From assembly GCA_040882355.1 (NCBI GenBank), contig JBBEBM010000043.1, forward strand, positions 62,001-91,794: a DNA stretch of 29,794 nucleotides, given 5' to 3'. The stretch comes from Dehalococcoidia bacterium (GTDB taxonomy: Bacteria > Chloroflexota > Dehalococcoidia > DSTF01 > RBG-16-68-14). The notes below the pieces were generated by a model. That model searched no databases. It was not told where the DNA came from and was given only the letters and a program-made list of their open reading frames with translations. Positions 27,718-29,794 of this stretch are shown here, in pieces. A program made the position numbers and the translations under genes. The stretch's first letter is position 1. Every line of letters starts with the position of its first letter.

Positions 27718-27744
27718 TTAGCACTCTCAGTGCTTGAGTGCTAA
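27718..27744. promoter_or_regulatory. CIRCE element (HrcA operator)
   Basis: Exact TTAGCACTC-N9-GAGTGCTAA; abuts a putative promoter TTGCAC-N17-TAGAGT (27772-27744, minus strand). Confidence 0.97.
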
Positions 27745-27822
27745 CTCTAGCCTATCGCGGGCGCCTGTGCAAGTGGACAACGCCGCAGTGTTGCCGCATA
27801 CTGCGCACGAGGCGGATATGCG

Positions 27823-28212
27823 ATGACGCTGAAGTGGCTCATCTGGGCAGGCCTTCTGTTGGCTGTTGCCGTTGGGATCACCGGAACGGTCGTCAGCGGC
27901 CGGTACTGCACCGCCCCCGACACTGACGGTTGCCAAGACGAGCGTACTGGCGAAGAGACCTACTTCGATGACGATCGGTACGGCTGGCCTGTGCGTTGGC
28001 GGTCGGACTTCACGCTCAAGGAATGCAAGGCGCTGGAGTGCGGCAACGTCTATCTGGTCGACCCTTACGGCGTTTCTTGGGTGAAGCTCCCTATCTCCGT
28101 GGCCGCTTGGGCATTCTTCGCACTCACAGGGGAAGCGATGCTCGTGCTCGCCTGGTTTGCCGTACGCTACGTCGCGACGCGTCGCGGGAGGGCCGTGGCC
28201 GCGCCCGGCTAG
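27823..28212 (+). CDS. Small membrane protein: two hydrophobic segments around a 4-Cys loop
   Basis: N-terminal hydrophobic segment, C-x6-C and C-x4-C pairs, C-terminal hydrophobic segment followed by RRGR. Confidence 0.65.
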   Translation: MTLKWLIWAGLLLAVAVGITGTVVSGRYCTAPDTDGCQDERTGEETYFDDDRYGWPVRWRSDFTLKECKALECGNVYLVDPYGVSWVKLPISVAAWAFFALTGEAMLVLAWFAVRYVATRRGRAVAAPG

Positions 28213-28227
28213 CAGGATGCTACTCGC

Positions 28228-28340
28228 CTACGGCCCGCCAGGCGCGTCAAGGTTGCGTCCGCGCGACTTGCCCACCTTCAATCAGGCCGGGGAACGCCTG
28301 CGGGTCGACCTTCAGGATCGCGGCGTAGCGACGGGCGTTC
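28228..28340 (-). pseudogene. Diverged duplicate of the last about 37 codons of 28459..29277
   Basis: Direct repeat of 28459-28570; 42-bp identical core (28289-28330 = 28519-28560); 1-nt insertion; keeps the TAG. Confidence 0.88.
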
Positions 28341-28341
28341 G

Positions 28342-28455
28342 CCCTCACCCGACCTTGCAATGACTCGGAGACGTGGCCCGCACTCGCCCCTCTCCCGTTG
28401 GGAGAGGCCTGTCCTGAGCGAGGCCGAAGGAGGTAGCCGCCAGGCGGGGTGAGGG
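28342..28455. repeat. Nested REP-like palindromic element
   Basis: Outer arms CCCTCACCC / GGGTGAGGG, inner hairpin CCTCTCCC-GTT-GGGAGAGG, plus CCTGTCCTGAGCGAGGCCGAAGG. Confidence 0.65.
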
Positions 28456-28458
28456 GCC

Positions 28459-29277
28459 CTACGCCCCGCCCGGTGGCTCGATGATGCGGCCGCGCGCCTT
28501 GCCCACCTTCATCAAGCTGGGGAACGCCTGCGGGTCGACCTTCAGGATCGCGGCGTAGCGGCGTGCGTTCTGCAAGAAGCGGTCTTCGCCGGTACGCCGG
28601 TACTGGTTGAAGTTGTCCAGCATCTTGTCGGCGATGAGCGGCAGGTCGAAGCCCATGATGTAGCGTTCGCTCATCTCGTTCAGCGCGTCCACGTACACCT
28701 CGAAGTACGACGAAAGCTTCTCGAGCAGGTCGCGCTGCTGGGTGAACTCGGCCAGCTCGTGCTGCGCGGCCAGGTGGTAGAAGCGCTTGCCGGTGCTCAC
28801 GAAGTACCCCCGGTCGACGGACGCGATCGCCGCCCGACGGCTCCTGCGCCGCTTCAGCGCCCGCGGGAAGACGCCGGTGACGAAGAGGGAGTTGTCCGCG
28901 TACTTGCGATACGCCTCGAACAGGTTCTGGAAGTGCGTGAGCTGCTGCATCTCCTGGAGCAGATCCGACAGGTAGTAGAGGCTGGTCTGGCCGCCCTGCT
29001 CCATCGGGAACAGCTCCTTCGTGGCGAGATGCCGGTCCAGAAGCTCGCCCAGGTAGTCGACGACGCCGGCGTCGGTGCTGCGCCGGCCGACGTATAGCAC
29101 CTTGATCACGAACAGGTCGAAGAGCGTGCGAGTGGAGACGGTGACGATTTCGCCGATGTCATCGTAGAAGACGCCGATCAGCTCGTCGACGCGCCTGGAG
29201 AACGCGCTGTCAGCAGCGTTCTCGCCATCGCGGTCGGCGATGGTCTCCTTCAGCTCGCGGACGGCTGCCTCTAGCAT
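28459..29277 (-). CDS. Conserved-looking helical hypothetical protein
   Basis: 272-aa ORF with host-like codon usage; motif YADNSLFVTGVFP..YFVSTGKRFY; function not recognised. Confidence 0.8.
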   Translation of the reverse strand: MLEAAVRELKETIADRDGENAADSAFSRRVDELIGVFYDDIGEIVTVSTRTLFDLFVIKVLYVGRRSTDAGVVDYLGELLDRHLATKELFPMEQGGQTSLYYLSDLLQEMQQLTHFQNLFEAYRKYADNSLFVTGVFPRALKRRRSRRAAIASVDRGYFVSTGKRFYHLAAQHELAEFTQQRDLLEKLSSYFEVYVDALNEMSERYIMGFDLPLIADKMLDNFNQYRRTGEDRFLQNARRYAAILKVDPQAFPSLMKVGKARGRIIEPPGGA

Positions 29278-29389
29278 CTCCGTCTTACCGGACAGAACGC
29301 CGGTCGATTCCCGATCATATCATGATCGGCCGGGTGGGCCGCAGCCAGCATGATGTCAAGACCAGATGGGGACTCAGGCTGGTGAAAGC

Positions 29390-29794
29390 CTACGCCGCCG
29401 CGCCCTGGGGTACCCGCCGCTCCATCGGCATGTAGTCGCGCTTGTCGGAGCCCAGGTAGACCTGACGCGGCCGCGCGATCTTCTGCTCCGGATCGAGCAG
29501 CATCTCCTGCCACTGGGCCACCCAGCCCGCCGTGCGCGGGATCGCGAACAGCACCGGGAACATCTCCACCGGGAAGCCCATCGACTGGTAGATGATGCCC
29601 GAATAGAAGTCGACGTTCGGGTAGAGGCGGCGCGAGACGAAGTACTCGTCCTCGAGCGCTATCTTCTCGAGCTCGATTGCGATGTCGAGGAGCGGGTTGC
29701 GGCCTGTGACCTCGAACACCTGACGCGCGAGCTTCGTGATCACGGACGCGCGCGGGTCGTAGTGCTTGTAGACGCGGTGGCCAAAGCCGAAGAG
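29390..29794 (-). CDS. gltA: Citrate synthase, C-terminal part (runs off the window)
   Basis: [39 protein letters not shown]. Confidence 0.95.
   Translation of the reverse strand, partial: LFGFGHRVYKHYDPRASVITKLARQVFEVTGRNPLLDIAIELEKIALEDEYFVSRRLYPNVDFYSGIIYQSMGFPVEMFPVLFAIPRTAGWVAQWQEMLLDPEQKIARPRQVYLGSDKRDYMPMERRVPQGAAA

Noticed and set aside
28228..28570. Diversity-generating retroelement TR/VR pair (near-identical repeat at a gene 3' end)
   Set aside because: Mismatches are not confined to adenines in either copy or strand, there is an indel, and no reverse transcriptase is in the window

Overview
High-GC bacterial chromosomal segment. Gene content and protein styles suggest Chloroflexota, probably Dehalococcoidia-like (inference). 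Housekeeping genes include a long PurN-like formyltransferase, a PHP protein, xseAB, efp, an M24 peptidase, aroQ, proB, a Zur/Fur regulator with YibE/F, a GSDH-family dehydrogenase, MFS-ROK-glgA, a stand-alone groEL with a perfect CIRCE, and a partial citrate synthase. A VapBC-type toxin-antitoxin pair sits inside the xseB-PHP cluster. The most notable content is a set of five secreted modular proteins with no recognisable hydrolase: two tandem paralogues built cohesin / cohesin-like / dockerin-like / cohesin-like, two tandem 7-bladed RCC1/BLIP-II propellers ending in a dockerin-like tail, and a double CBM-like protein with an LPxTG-like anchor. Together they suggest a non-cellulolytic cohesin-dockerin surface assembly. 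Several of these genes share promoter-proximal motifs. Also seen: an unannotated 26-aa Lys-rich sORF, a diverged duplicate of a gene 3' end next to nested REP-like palindromes, heptamer arrays ending 2 nt before -10 boxes, and a 20-nt G tract in a structured leader. No rRNA, tRNA, CRISPR array, integrase or transposase was recognised. All calls are by eye; no searches were run.
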